Source: Cenococcum geophilum (lineage: Eukaryota). From it: 64,000 nt of DNA. The translations under genes were made by a program, and so were the position numbers. Shown piece after piece: positions 23,089 through 38,400 of the stretch. Location: assembly GCA_050273025.1 (NCBI GenBank), contig CP158635.1, positions 2,604,001-2,668,000 on the forward strand. Direction: 5' to 3'. The notes below the pieces were generated by a model, which worked only from the letters and a program-made list of their open reading frames with translations, had not been told where the DNA came from and searched no databases. Every line of letters starts with the position of its first letter. Positions within the stretch are counted from its first letter, which is position 1.

Positions 23089-26000
23089 TATAAGGGATAT
23101 TATTGCGGACACCTTGGGCTGCCCTTAGGACAACCCCTAGACGCCCCTTAGATAGTCGCCGGTTACGTACTAAAGGCATATACCCGTAGTATATAGTCTC
23201 CACAATCCCTAAGGCCTTACCTCCTTAAGGATTTGTCTCTCTTACCAATCTATTCTATTCCACAATCATGTCCTTATAGCCCCCTATCTATAAGATCCCC
23301 TTATATTTAAATCCTTCCTACTCTTTTTTAGAAGGGCAGTCGGCTTTAAGGACTAGATTATTTATTTATATCTTTTATTTACAACCACTATTCTTCCTTA
23401 AAAATCTTGTGACGACCTAAACGGAAACTCCATAGGCACCTTATAGAAAGCCGTTATGGTAAGGCAGGAAGGTCCCTCTAATAGCGAGAGATTACGACAA
23501 TATAACCCTCTAGGTAAGATGGCCGAATAAGCCCTAATACCTAGATGCTCTAGGAGCTCAAAGACTTTTACACACCTATAGTCACCGCTAAGGAAAACGT
23601 AAACACCCTTTATAACGGTTATAACGCTGCTAAAAAGTAACTAAAACCCCTCCGGCCCCATCTAGGCTAATTAAAAGATTAAGCGCTAGAGGCGACTTTA
23701 AGATCTTCCCCTAAGCTAGAAATGCTAGAGGAATATACTAACGCGTCCAACTAGGGAACTAACTAGAACCCTTTTAGAAGACCACCGGCCTATAATTAGT
23801 ATAGTGGCGGTATATAGACTACTTATAAGCTAAGCGGGCCTACCCCTTTAGGTAATTTAAACTAACTACTAACTTAAGACTTAAGCCTTATAGGGAAATT
23901 TGCACTAGCTATTGGTACTAATACTACCTCTATAGCCGGAGCTTCCCTAAGGCTAAGGTTAGAAAGTTAAGAGCCTTAAACCGATGTTCTTTAAGACGGA
24001 TATTAGGAAGCTACTATAAGGCTCTTAGAAGCTATACGGGAAGGAGCCACTAATAAATATATTAGAAACCTTTAAGGGCAAATCTATATCTAGCAGGGTT
24101 TAATCTAAGCTAGGTAAATTTTTTTATAACCTAATTAAGGCTAAGGGCTTTTTAGGAGCTACTTAATACCTACCTAAAGAGGTGTGGAAGACCTAGAGAG
24201 TTATCTACGCTATAAACGGAAAAGGATATAGACTAACTAGCTAAGGCCTTTAGTAGTCTAGAACTCCGCTATAAACCTAACGCCTAGCAGTTAGATAATT
24301 GGGTTTGTAAGGTAAACAACTTCTTTAAAATGCTAATAATACGAGATAATACCAAAGAGCGTATATACTGGATTATTAGCAAGATTAAAGACCAATTGCT
24401 AAACTAGATCGCATTTAATTAGCTTAATAAAGAGCAAATTACTATATAGCCACAGCTGTAAACCTTTCTAAAGAAATAGACTTAAGATCTGTATATTATA
24501 TAATATAATAATGCAAAGCTATTCTAGAATAGGATATAGCTTAACCGCTATAACTTTTGCCAGTTTATAAACTTTATAGAAACTTATACTCAATAGATAG
24601 ATCTAGAGCCCTTTAAAAATAAAAATAGTAGCATCTATAAAAAGGAGAAGATTGGGTTTATCTAGGCTAAAATTAAGCTAGTAATTTATAACGAAATAAA
24701 GCGCGTAGAAGCCCTATTGCGGATCACTATATATATGGATTTTAAATAAGCAGTTCTAAACGCTAAAGATATAGTAAGGAACTAGACCTCTTCTAGTAGA
24801 AAGCTAGGGGGTCACTAGAAGCGCGGGCACTTTAATAGTAATATAGGGCAGACCTAACCTTTAAAGAAGCCATTCTTAAAGAGAACTTTAAAAGGGTTAA
24901 AGTTAGGAACCTTAAATAACGGGAAAAACTCCTAGGGCCAACCTAATACCTATCTAGCACCTTTATAGAAACACTTTAAGAAGTTAAGAGAAAACTCTAG
25001 AGGTAGATTCTATTGGAAAAATAAGTAGGGCGACAACTATACTAACAATCTAAAAAAAAAGCCCTAGTTGTGGACCTTTTTTAGCTATAACTAGGGTAAG
25101 ATACGGAAGGAGAGACCCTCTAAATCGCTGTTAAGCTGGAAATAACACTCCCTATAGGTAAGATGTGTTAGTTCTAAGCACTATATAATAGCGGCGCTAA
25201 AATTAATCTTATATAATATAATATAGTAAAAGAGTATAAACTTATCCTATTATAAAAGTGGTAGAGACCTATTATAGGCTTCTTAGATAAGTATTAGATT
25301 AAACTATATAGTGCCTATAAGCTTATAGTATTAGTAGCTAATATACATAACTGCACTAAGGTGGTCGGCCTGTAACCCTTCTAGGCGGCTAACTTTATAG
25401 GTTATAACCTTATCCTTAAATACCCTTAGCTTGCGGAAGCAGATTTTAAGATACGCTTTAAGACTAGAGCCTTTAAATAGTAGAATAATAAAGATTTGGG
25501 AGGGCGTATATTACTAATAAGCCTAAAGGATATTCTAGAGAATGTAGCCCTAGGTAAAATAGTATACGCTCTATACCTAAAGGAGTATTGGATCTAACCC
25601 CTATTTAATAGCAAGATAGGTATAAAGCCTAGTATAGGTAATAACCCCTCTATAACGGAGACTCTATAGGGAACTACTAGATAGGTCGCGGAGATATTAT
25701 AAGGAGGTGGCGATCTTAAGGATCTTATAAGATACTTTAACTGTTATAGGTTACTTTGGCTTAAGTAATATATAGAGAATATACTACGGTATCTCGAGCG
25801 CTGCGTTAAGGATTTCCCTACCCTTTACTGGCTACTATATGAAACGGTGTAACGCACAGTGGCAACCATATATAAGTAACCACTATAGTGTATAACGCTG
25901 CCCGCGAGTATTCTAAGGGAGCTCTGGGACCTACTTAATAATAATATAGAGGATAAACGCGACCCCAATTTGTTAAATATTCTAGTAGCCCTAAGGGACT

Positions 26001-29000
26001 TACTAAGGGTATTTTTGGGTAGGAGAGCTAAAGTCCTACTATAGAACTTAGAGTACGATTATATAATTAATCTAGAAGAAGGCAAATAACTACTAAACCT
26101 TTCTATTTATAACCTCTCGCGTAAAGAGCTTAAGATCCTATAGGAGTACCTTAATAGGTTACTAGAAAAGGGGTAGATCCGGCCTAGTAAGTCGCCGGCA
26201 GGCGCACCGATCCTCTTTATCTTAAAACTAGATAGAACCATAAGGCTATATATAGACTATTACGGTCTTAATAAGATTATAATTAAGAACCGTTACCTAC
26301 TACTACTAGTTAGTAAAATATTAGATTAATTATTTAGGGCGAAGATCTTTATAAACTTAGATCTATAAGACGCCTATTATAGGCTCTATATTAAAAAAGG
26401 GGATAAATAGAAGACCGCTTTTAAGACCTAATATAGCTATTTTGAGTATCTAGTGATACCTTTTGGGCTAGCCAATGCGCCTATAATATTCTAATAATAT
26501 ATTTATAGAGCCTTAGGGGAACTAGTTAACCGCATATATATTATCTATTTAGATAATATCTTAATCTACTTAAAAAAATAAGGATTAATACAAGCAACAC
26601 GTCCGCGAAGTGCTGGAATACTTAGATAATTAGGGCCTCTACGCTAAGGCGTTAAAATATATCTTTAATACTAAGCAGGTTAAGTTTCTAGGTTACATTA
26701 TAACGCCTATAGGTATAGTTATAGACCTAGTACGGGTGTAGATAATTTAGAAGTGGCCAGAGCTAGAGAGCTATTAGGATGTTTAAGTATTCCTAGGCTT
26801 TGCCAATTTCTATAGGCGTTTTATCTATAACTACTTAGATATCGCCTAATACCTATTTAACTATATTACGGAAGCTTCCTAAGACTTAACCTAAGGAGCA
26901 AAAAGCTTAAAGGTGGTAAGGAAGAAAACTAAAAAGGGACTAACTAAATAGTATAAGCTATAGTTATAGCCTAGAAAGGGTTAGAAGGCCTTCTAAAAAC
27001 TTTATATAAAGTTTATAAAAGCTCTATTACTGCGGCATTTTAACCCAGATTAGCTATTAATAATAATTACTAATATATTAAATTTTGTCCTTACTAGTAT
27101 TCTACTATAACCTAATAGGCATTCAGATGCTACCTAGCTCTATTAGAGACTAGTAGCATTTTATAATAGAAAATTCTAAGGATTTAAAGCTAGGTATTAT
27201 ACCTATAATAAGGAACTGCTAGCTATAGTTAACTACTTTAAACAGTGGCAACACTACCTTAAGCACGCGAGCTATACCACTTATATACTCTCAGATTACT
27301 ATAATCTACGCTACTTTATAACTATAAAGGAGCTTATACCTTAATAAGCTAGATAGACAGAGAAGCTTACGCGATTTAATTTTAAGATTAAATATAAGCT
27401 AGGGGAAAACAACCCTACTAATAGACCTTTATAACGGCCAGACTATACCAAAGGCTTTAAAACGGGAGAAGGAAAACGGATAATAGATATCTTACTCCCT
27501 ATATTATAGAACAAGCTCTAGGTATAGAATGCTTAAGCACTTATAGCTCTATATACTAAGTCTTAGGTAGTGTAAGCCCTATTAGTTTTTACTAACATTC
27601 TAGCTAGTACCCGGTCCGTTACTAATAAGGGTCCAAATATACCTAAATAGGACGTTCCTAATATATTCTTGGAACCTAGTAATATACTATCCCCTTAAAC
27701 AAATAGCGAAGCTATAGAGCAATTGGAACTTGGAGCCCTACAATAACTAAAGGACTTTAACTTTATAGTGGCCTTCCTAATATACGCGTATTAAAGAGTT
27801 ATAAGATCTATAGTACTATCTAGTCTTATACTTAGAGTAGTATAGGACAAAACAGCTTTTACCTAAGAACTATTTAAAAGGTTAACGGATTTTATCCATA
27901 AGGTATAACGGAGGGACGCTTTTTATACTATCCTTAATATAGAAGTAGACTGGAAACGTAACGGAAAGGAAGCTACTAGGTGCTACTATTAGGAACTAAA
28001 CCCGAAAGGCCTACTATATAGAGGTAGTAAGGTTTAGGTGCTATAAAAAGCAAATCTATAATAGAAGATTCTTATAAAGAATTATAATAATCCTTTAGGC
28101 GGCCACTATAGTTAAGCAAAAACTGTAGAATTATTTTAGCGCAAATACTATTGGCTAAGGCTTAATTAGGAAGCAAAAGAGTATATTAGCTATTGCGAGA
28201 AGTAGTAAGTATACAAGATCCGTAGGCATAAGCTATAGGGTCTACTTAAATTAGTTCCCCCCGCTAGTAAGCTATAGTAACATTACACTATAGACTTTAT
28301 TATAGATCTCCCGCTATTTAAAGATAGCTAAGGATAAATATATAATTCGGTCCTTATACTTATTAATAGGGTTTTAAAGTATATCTAATACCTTCCCGTT
28401 AATAAGACAATTGACGTATAAGCGCTAGCTAACCTAATTAAGGAGAAATACTTTCTTAAAGTAGATTAGCCACACTCTATTATTACTAATAGGGGTAGCG
28501 TCTTTATAAGCTAGTACTAGTTAGACCTATACTTCCATTTAAAGATAAACTACTATTATAGTATAGCTTTTTATTTATAAATGGATGGGTAAATAGAACG
28601 CTAGATCTAGGAACTAGAGTCTTACCTATAAATGTATTTAAACCACTAGTAAGATAACTAGTATAAGCTACTTCCGTACACGGAGTACGCTTACAATTTA
28701 AAGTAATATATATTATATAAGTATGCACTAATCTAGATTGCCTATAGCGTTTAATTATTTAGGTTTAATAGTATACCTAATAATTACTAGCTAAGGCCGT
28801 ATAATTAGTTATAGGATCCTATTAAAAAGTCTAAGGATATCTACCGGAGAGTATAAAGATACCTTTAGAAATAGGAGGAGTAATGGAAGTATATAAAGCA
28901 GAGCCTATAAGATACCTAAGAGCAGTAGAGACTTTGGTATAACCGTAAGCACTAAGATAAGCATTTTAGAGTAGGTAATAAGGTTTTATTATATTTAACA

Positions 29001-31956
29001 AATATTAAGACCTATTAACTATTAAAAAAGCTTAATATAAGATACCTAGGTCCCTTCTAAGTTAAAGAACGAATTAGTAAGCTAGCCTATTATCTCTAAC
29101 TACCCCCATCTATGGCCTATATATATTTAGTGTTTTATATAAACTTACTAGAGCTATAGTATAGACCACTACTAGAAAAGAACTTCCGTCTAGGCCCAAT
29201 TAAACACCTTAAGGTAGTGGGCGAGCGGTATAAGGTTAAAGCTATACTATATTATAAGTCTGTTAAGAACAAGCTTTAATTTAAAGTTAAATAGCTAGGC
29301 TAGCTTGCTAAGGACTCTATATGGGAACCAGAGGATTACCTTAATTATTATAAAGATATTCTAAAAGAATATTAGGACTAAGGTCTATAATCTATAAGTT
29401 ACAAAAAGCGCTCTAATACTATAGTGTTATTGCGACCTATAAAGAAAGCTTGTGAAAAGAGAAAATAGGTTAAATTGGATATAGAACGGATAGGCTCCAG
29501 AAACTATAGGGATAAGGCTACAGCCTAAAGCAGGACGGGTCCTTAGCCCTTTTATATATATAGCATAGAGTTAATAGGGCATTTTGCTAGAATTGTATTC
29601 CTATTCATTAATCTATACTAGGAATATTATTTTTAGGGCTTCTAAGCCTTTCCTAAAAGCCTTTTAAGGCCTTCCTAAGCACCTAATTAAGGTCCTTAAT
29701 TGCTACTATATAGAAGAATAAATCCCAAATACCTAATCTAAAAAGCCACTATGCCTTACCCTTAGGAGTAGGATTAGTATCTATTAGCTCTTTAAGGGAT
29801 AGCTAACGAGAATAAGATCCAGAACCCTTAGTAGGGGTATAAGTAGGCATAAAAACAGGGGCAAGATAATAAGGTGTAGCTAGAGTAGAGACTCTTAAAC
29901 GCTTAATACTAATATTAGGTCTAAACCAATACTAATAAAGCTCTTAGGGAGTAAGCTTATAGTTAATAAAGACACACTTAAGCTTAGAATAAACAGAGAC
30001 GTTAGCTGGCTAGTATAATCTAGAACTACTAAGGCCTTACTACGGCAACTATTAATTACCTATCCGCTAGGTACCCAAAGGGTAACCTACCTAATACCGT
30101 ATTATATTATACTCTTTTAAAACTTAACGTGTATACGCGAACTCCTTCCTATAGTAGATAGCAACCTTTTTCTTATCACCCTCATCCTGCACCCTATCCT
30201 TAGTATACTAACCTTACTCTTATATTAGGCGTTACTAGCTAGCTTACTAAGAATTATAGGCGGTATAGATAGCTATAGTATAGTCTTAAATACGACTAAG
30301 ACGTTTAGTATTAGCACTAGAATAAGATAAAGCCTAGGCGATATAGTAGTTAAGAACATTAAAGGATTATCACTACTTAGGCCCAGGCTATTAAAGCTAA
30401 AGTTAGTAATAGAAATCTATTAAGGATAGAAAAGCTCACCTTAATGCAACTGCCGCTCTTAGTACGCATGCATTAATTACAAGGACTAAAGGTATTAGAT
30501 CTAATACAGTACGTCTTATTATAAGTCTCCAGAATCCTGTTATTAGATTTCTGGTCTTTTAAAGACATATAGGTAAAATTATTTAGGTAGGACTAGCACC
30601 AGTTACGAGTTAATAGAGGTTAGGGTTTTATATACGGGGGTGGGACTGGGATACGCTATAGAATCTACTTAAAAGAGCAGTTAGTAGGAGAACGAAGAGG
30701 TATATTAAATTATTAATAAAAAAGAAGAAAATCTTAATAATATATTAAAGATACGTCCAAAATTGGACGAAGGTTAGCAATAGGAAGTAAGGTATTAAGG
30801 AAAAGGATTAAGCTTAATAAGCAAAGTGTCTTTATACTTTACTATCTAATACCCTTTTAGTAAATAGCCGCAACCTTGCCAATATAACTCCGTTACAATA
30901 GCGCTATTTAGAAGAAAGAAAACATATATATAAGTTATTTAACTATTACTTCCTTATAAAAACTAACTACGCGGCCAGGGGAAGGCAATTAAGACGTTAA
31001 TTAAAGACGTATATAGGTTAAATTATACCTAACAAACAATACTATAGTATTAAAGATTAATGTTATAGACGCTCTTAATAATTATATAATAGCTACAATT
31101 ACTATTGCGAAATGTCCCTATTTACTAGGTAGTAGAGCTACACCAAATATACGGTATAGGACTACTAGATTTAAAACCACATACACTAAATCTTAGGAGA
31201 TAAGTCTCCTTAATTAACTAATTAATACCTTAACCGCATTTAATAGCCTAAGGGAAGATATAGGAATAATGCGTTAGTAACGTAAAGAATTTATAAAACG
31301 ATTACAGATCACATCTTAATAGTTAAAGACGATGGTAAGCTAAGGCTCTATACGTTAAATCCCATACTAAAAGGTTTTACGGAACTATACTGGAATACTA
31401 AATTATATATAATACTTATAATTAATTATAGACCGGTATAAAGGCTTAGAAGTAGAGTTGTATAAAAATCCCTATATTAGCCTAAGTAGTTACTAGCATG
31501 CTTCCGGTAGGCTTCTAATAGGTTTTTTAGTAATCCTTACGTTTTTTCTCTAGTTATATTTTTTCCTTATTAAGGTTTTTTAGGAGTTTAAAGTAGGGGT
31601 TAGATAGATAGATAATATACAGCGGCATGCCGATACCTCTTTAATATCTCTCTAAACCCCTTCCGAGACGAGCCTTTATAATCTCCCTACTATAAGGTAA
31701 TAGCGATTAGGGGCTAACTATAAGAAGGGGGAGAGGTAATATAAGGGATATTATTGCGGACACCTTGGGTTGCCCTTAGAATAACCCCTAGACGCCCCTT
31801 AGATAGTTGCCGGTCACGTACTAGAGGCATATACCCATAGTATATAATCTTTACAATCCCTAAGGCCTTACCTCCTTAAGGATTCGTCTCTCTTACTAAT
31901 CTATCCTATTCTACAATCGTGTCCTTATAGCCCCCTGTCTATAAGATCCCCTTATA
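23089..31956 (+). mobile_element. Ty3/Gypsy chromovirus A (8.9 kb), RIP-mutated
   Basis: 217-bp LTRs 23089-23305 and 31740-31956, TSD ATATA, PPT AAGAAGGGGGAGAGG before the 3' LTR. Gag from ~23520, RT YLD(N)IL ~26545, RNase H, integrase ~28050-28700, chromodomain ~29225-29370, and an extra ~2.2 kb before the 3' LTR. Confidence 0.93.
29608..30703 (-). pseudogene. Antisense accessory gene of Gypsy A with a six-Cys cluster (RIP-mutated, one putative intron)
   Basis: The minus frame from 30703 (ATA for ATG; MP.RSP..) has C-x2-(Y<C)-x26-C-x8-C-x2-C-x7-C at 30598-30446. A GTGAGC donor at 30439 with CTAAC branch and TAG acceptor follows, and coding-like sequence continues to ~29608. Confidence 0.55.
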
Positions 31957-32809
31957 ATATAGCTTATACCTTATTAGTTTATTCCTTTAATAATTTAGAT
32001 ACTCTTTTATTCCTTTTTTAGTAATGTTTTAGATTTTATTAATAATATATTCTTTTTAAAGTCTTAATACTAAGCCTATCGCTCTATTGTGTCCTTAAGT
32101 TATTCCCCTATAGAAATCTTCTATAAAATGCTCTGTAATACTTCTTAGGATATACTTTACTTCTTAATTCTTATATATATCTATTTATAGATCTTCTAGC
32201 TATACTTTTAGAATTCTTTATATCTAAAAGCTCTTTAGTGTCTTATAGACTTTTTCTAGTTTATTATCCTCTTAAGTTGCTATTAGCTTAGGGTAATTAT
32301 ACCTAATCTATTCTTATCTTTGCGTAATATAGCTCCTAATAGTTTCTCGTTATTTTATAGTTTAGCCTTTTTACTAAGTATATCTGCTCTTATATTTTCG
32401 GTTCCTTTAGTATACTAAATTTTAAAATAATATTCTATAAGCATCTCTGCCTAGCTAACTTATTTTTAGTTAAGTTCTTTTATTATTAGGAACCCTATTA
32501 GGTTCTTATAGTCTATCTTAACTATAAATAGTTTCTCTATACCTTATAAAAATATTCTCTATTTCTTAAGTGCTATAACTATACCTAATAACTCCTTATT
32601 ATAGATGTTATAGTTTAGTTCTGGTAGTATTATCTTTTAACTATAATATGTTACTAGATGCTATATATTTTTATACTTCTATAGTAAATATACTCCTAAT
32701 ATAAAGTTTAATACATCTATTTCTATAACTATATCTAGTTCTAGTTAATAGATTTTAAAAATTAGCTCTTAGGTAAATAATTCTTTAAATTCCTTAAATA
32801 GTTTCTTTT

Positions 32810-33078
32810 TGTATAATCACAGCACCTGTCGTACTAACCGCGTGCCTACGCGTTCGGTACGCCAGGTACGCGTTTACGCGTTCGGTGTACTAACCACTCG
32901 CTTACGCGTCTGGTGCACTTATAAAGCACTAACTAATTAGGGGGAGGACGCATTAGTATATAGACTACGTAGTCTACCTCAATACAAGAGACAGTCACCA
33001 TCTAAACAAGTATACGATACTACATGTATTTCGTGCCCGTGGATACGACTCACTCGTGCTATTAAGTTAGTACGAACA
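32810..33078. mobile_element. Solo LTR (269 bp) inserted in the pol of Gypsy B
   Basis: TG...CA termini, TSD CTTTT on both sides (32805-32809, 33079-33083), internal TACGCGTTCGGT-like repeats, and higher GC than its flanks. Confidence 0.85.
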
Positions 33079-35431
33079 CTTTTATTTATTTCCCTATACC
33101 TACAGTTTCTCTTTCTTTATAAGCCTGGTAAACGGTTTAGTAGTTTTAGTTAATAGATTTTAAGGATTAGCTCTTAGGTAAATAGCTTCTTTTACTTATT
33201 TTTCTATACCTATAGTTCCTTCTTCTTTATAAGCCCAGTAAACGGTTTAATATTCTTTAATTACTATACTATAAACCTTCTATAATAGTTACAAACCCCT
33301 AAAAATAACCTTAACTACATTATATTCTCTAGTTCTTACTAACTTACTATAGCTTTAATATTCTTTAGGTCTATACTAATATAACTTAATTTAATAATAA
33401 ATTTAACGAAATTAGTTTTTCTAGTAAAGAACTCGCATTTTTTAATTGCTACTAGTATCTGTTTTTCTTATAGTCTCCTTAAAACCTATTTAATGTGTTC
33501 TCTATATTCTTCCTTAGTTATTAAGTAGATAATAATGTTGTTAAGGTATACTATAATAAACTTATTAAGGTATTCTCCTAATATACTATTAAATCACTTC
33601 TAAAACGTTACTAGTATATTTATAAGTCCGAATTATATAACTAATGGCTTATATAGCCCTTTCTTTAACCTAAAAGCTGCCTTTCTTAATTTTAATCTAA
33701 TGGTATACCTATCTTAGATCTATCTTTATAAGGATTTACGTATTACCTATCCTGTTTTAGATTTTGCTAATTATGGGTAAAGGATACTTATCCTTTTAAG
33801 TAATACTATTTAACTATTTATAGTTAATATATAGCCTAAGTTTTCCGTTCTTCTTTAGTACGAATAATACTAGATATTCTGCTAATAACTATAATAGTCT
33901 AATATATCCCTTTTATAAGTTTTCCTAGATAAACTCTTTAAGTGCTCTTACCTTTTCTTAAATAAGCTTATAGGTTGGAAAGAACCTTAAACTTATTTTT
34001 AGTTCTAAGTCTATCTTATAGTTTTATGCTATATAATCTGCCAGCTTTTTACTTTCTAGGCTTTATAGTTTCTTGCTATACTTATAGAATCTCTTTAGTA
34101 TATAACTTAAGCCTTGCTTAGTCTCTTTATATATTACTCTAACTTAGTACTATACTATCTTAGTTTATTATTATATCTTATAGCGTTAAGTATCCCTAAT
34201 ATTAACCTATTTTATAACCTAATTAATTCTTGGATTATATTTCTATAACTAAGGTATATTTATTACTGCCTTATCCCATCCTAATAGTAGGATATTAAAA
34301 GATATCTTAATTTATCTTTCTTTAATAGTTATCTATATAGGTTCTGTTTTAAGGTTAATAATACCTCCTTTATAGGCTATTAGATCTCCTAAGATTATAA
34401 TTAATAGGTAAGGGTACTCTTTCTATCTATAAGGTAGTCCCAATTTTTTTACTGCTATTAGTAAGATGTGGTTCCTAATTACTCCACTATCTATTAATGC
34501 TTTAAACTATTAATCTTACTAATTAACTCGTAAATTTAGGTATTGTCTTTAAATTCCTTTAAGGGTCTAAGGCTCTACTATTAGCTCCCTTTAGTTTTAT
34601 AGGTCTCTACTTTTCCTAACTATTAGCTACTTAATCTTACTATACTCGGCTTATTTTTTAGCCAATGCCTAGTTTATTTTTTATTTTTAATATACTATAA
34701 ACACATATTCTCTAGGCATTTTTACTACTATTATCTATTTAAGTATTCTTCCGTAAGGAATCTTTTTGGTTAAAGTATTAAGTCTCCTAACTTCTAGACT
34801 TCTACTAGATACTATCTATATATATACTTAGTATTTTTATACTATTACTCTTTTAGTGCCTAATATATTCTTATAGGGTACTTTTAATTCTTTTTTTTAG
34901 ATTTTTATATATATAATATATATCGTCTATATATACAATCTATAATAGTATATAATGCGCTAGGTGCTTTAGGTTAACTCTTAACTTATTTTTATCCTTA
35001 AGTTTAAACCTCTATTATGTTAATCTAAACGTTATAACTTTATTCACAAGTACTAAGATTTACTTTTCGCTCCTCTAGTTCTCTAACCGTTCCTTTAGAT
35101 CCTTTAATATTATAATAAAGGCTCCCTTAATATAATTTATAGCTTTTTCCATAATAGGGTGGTTCTAGATAACTCGCTTATCTAACTATATATAGAAATC
35201 TTTCTACTTATCGTTATATAGTTGCCTATACTACTTTTAGTATAGCTATTAGAGTATATATGGCTTTTCCGTAAGGAAGTATCTTCTTTTATATATTATT
35301 CTTTAAACCTAGTAAGGATTTCTAGATCCTCTTCTTGTTCCAGTTTAGTAAGCTATTTTACTTTTAGCGTGCCCATCTTAAGCCTATTAGTTATTCTTTA
35401 TGTAGGTGCTCTATCTTTAGTACAGCCTAGT

Positions 35432-38400
35432 TGTCACAGCACTAACCTATCTTATACTATTTCCTACTGTTGGCTAGCCCACTACTAGCGCCTTGGCGGC
35501 TGGCCCTACTATCTATATATAATACCCCTTTCGCCTCTTCTCCTCTTTATACCATAACGTAGTTATTTGGTCTACTTTACTGCAGCACCGTAACAGTTTG
35601 TGGTATCTCCTCTTGCGCCCTATCGCGATCTTTATCTTTTTAGTTTACCGCCTTTGTCTATAGTCTCTGTTTTTCCCAGTATAATTGCAACCTGGCGTGA
35701 CTAATAACGCTATACTATAGTCTTAGCATAGCCTTAGTATAGCCTTAGTATAGTCCCAGATAGTCTTAATAACCTTAGTATCACAGTTAGCCTTATAAGA
35801 TTTCAATTGCCCTACCTAGATCCCTTGGAATGGGCGACCAAAATATAAATAACACCCCGTTAACGAATACACGCGAAGCACTCGCCTGCCTCTTTAATAC
35901 TACCTATACTAACATCGCCTAGGCGATTAGGAACGGTCCTGAGTACCCTAAGGACCTTAATGTGGTAAAAACCTTCTAGCACTTCTCTATATGTACAACC
36001 TTTTTAACTAGCGTTAAGAGCGGTCTCTAAATGGTCTACGACGAAGGTTGAGCTATAAAGTCCCAACTTAAAGAAGCTTAGTATAGAATTAACTCCCTTA
36101 TAACGCCTAAACTATGTATATAACGATACGAATAGTAAGCTTTTGTATATACCGAGACTATACAAAGTCTAAGCTCTTAGATCGCTATACTTACTTAAGC
36201 TATTACCGATAAGAACACAAACCCTATAGCTAGCTCCCCTCTTCTAGCTAAGCCCTATAGGAAAAGCGTGAAGCAAAAGATCTAACCCTATTTAATAGCA
36301 AGGGATTACTAATTAAAAAGCAAGAAAAATTTAAAATATAGGAAATAAAAATCTAAGGTGTTTTCTGGAGGGATGTAAAGTACTTTAAGACCCTAATAGA
36401 TGAAGTCCTCTATATATTAGATATGCTAATAGATAAGGCCTATAACTATGTTAAATATAGCCTTGATATGCTATGTATATACCCAAACAATTTAAGTAAA
36501 TAGACCTTTTCTAACTGAGAATCTATGTTTATATATATAAGAAGACACTATAAGACTATAGATATAACCTAAGCGGCTAAAAATAAGTTGGATACTTTAT
36601 ATTAAGGCGAGCGTAACTACTAGTCCTAGAAAGCAGAGCTTAATAAGTTAATAATTAAAGCAAATAAGACTAAGGAATAAAAGGTGGATTTGCTTAAGCA
36701 GAATGTTTCCCCTAAAATAAAGGACCTAGCTCTTACCCTTAGCCGCAAGATCGATAATGCTAACTATAAGGGCTGGAGTAAGCAAATGGACGTGTTCGCT
36801 TATAACCTATAGAACTATGCCTACTATACTAAGCTAAATGCCGCCAAGCTAAATACCGCTAGTGGATATCGACCTGCATTACCTAATAATAATACTTTAG
36901 CACTGGTACTATAGAATAACCTAATAGACCTTAACGCCGTTAAATTTGGCGGCGGTAGTAGTAACCTCCCTAATAATGTCTAAAGATATCGTATAGATAA
37001 TAAACTCTATATAGTATATGGCCAATCTAGCCACTAGAAAGATGCTTATAACCCCTAGATAAACCTAAATCCCCTTCTAATACTACTACGCTAACCCCCT
37101 TCTAGCTGCGGCGGATTCTTTAGTAGAGGGGATGGTAATTAAGGCGGTAACTAAGGATAAGGACGCGGGTTTGGATATAGAGACTTGCTCCTATAATTTC
37201 CCTCCCTAATATAGCCCTAGCTAATGGTCCCGTATATAAACTATGGATAAATACTCTGTACTACTACTAATTGTAAGACCGGCTATATTATTGGAGAAGT
37301 ACCCCCTAGCATATATATACCGTTAGAGACTGATATATTAGGATATACTAGCTAAGACCACAGCTATTAGCTAAGCCCTATAATCTAGTTATTAAAAGGC
37401 TAACCTTTGGACTAAGTCGCCTTTAAGGGTTAGAACCATACGGGGAGGAGGATAAAAGGATTAGATTTATACTATTAGATTAGTTAAACCTTGTTTTAAG
37501 CTAGCTGGCATTTAACCTTAAAATAGTAAATAATAATAGAAATGCCATCCTTATTTAGACTTACCTCTCCTTACCGTGTAACCTACTCCTAGAAGTCTTT
37601 ATTAAAACATTAAGCCTTATTAATAGTGGTAGTATAGTACTATCGTTTATAGACGAAGACTCGCTTATAAAAAAGTATAATATTATAATAAAAAGACTCC
37701 TAGTTTTAAAACCACTCCGCCTTACCAACGGATTCCTATCTAGCTTTATTACCTATTACTTTATAGTAAAAATAATAATTGGCTACTATACAGAATCTAT
37801 GCTTTTCTATATTATAAAGTTATCACCCTTAATACCAGTAATTCTTAGAATGCCCTAGCTTAAAAAGTATAACTTAAGAATAGACTTCCCCGTTCTAGAG
37901 CTTAAGTTTAACTCTAATTACTATGCCTATAACTATCTTTTATAGCACATCCCTAACTATAACCGAGTAGTACTATACGGACGCATTGTATGGCTAACGC
38001 TTAGATACCGTTAGCTAATAATAGAAGAGGTACCTAATATTGGCGAGCTAATATATGCAGTAAACGAAGCGGAGATTCTGGAAGATTGGATTACCGCTTT
38101 ACCCCTAAAAATATAAACACCGCTAGAACTATAAGTCCCCTATATACACCCGCTTAACCTAGGCTAGCTAATAAGATATCTAACTTAAAGTTATTTGCTA
38201 TACGTATATGCGACCGCACGTATAACAGCTAAAGGTATTATATCTAAGACTAAAACTAGAGCAATTAAGACCTTCCCCTTATAACGCCTAACCTTACACC
38301 CATCTCCCGCGCGTACTGTATAGGGCCGCCGCCTTGCTTCCGCCCCCCTAGGCTAACTAAGCTGTATTAGCCTAGCCGTAGTACTAGAGAACAAAATACG

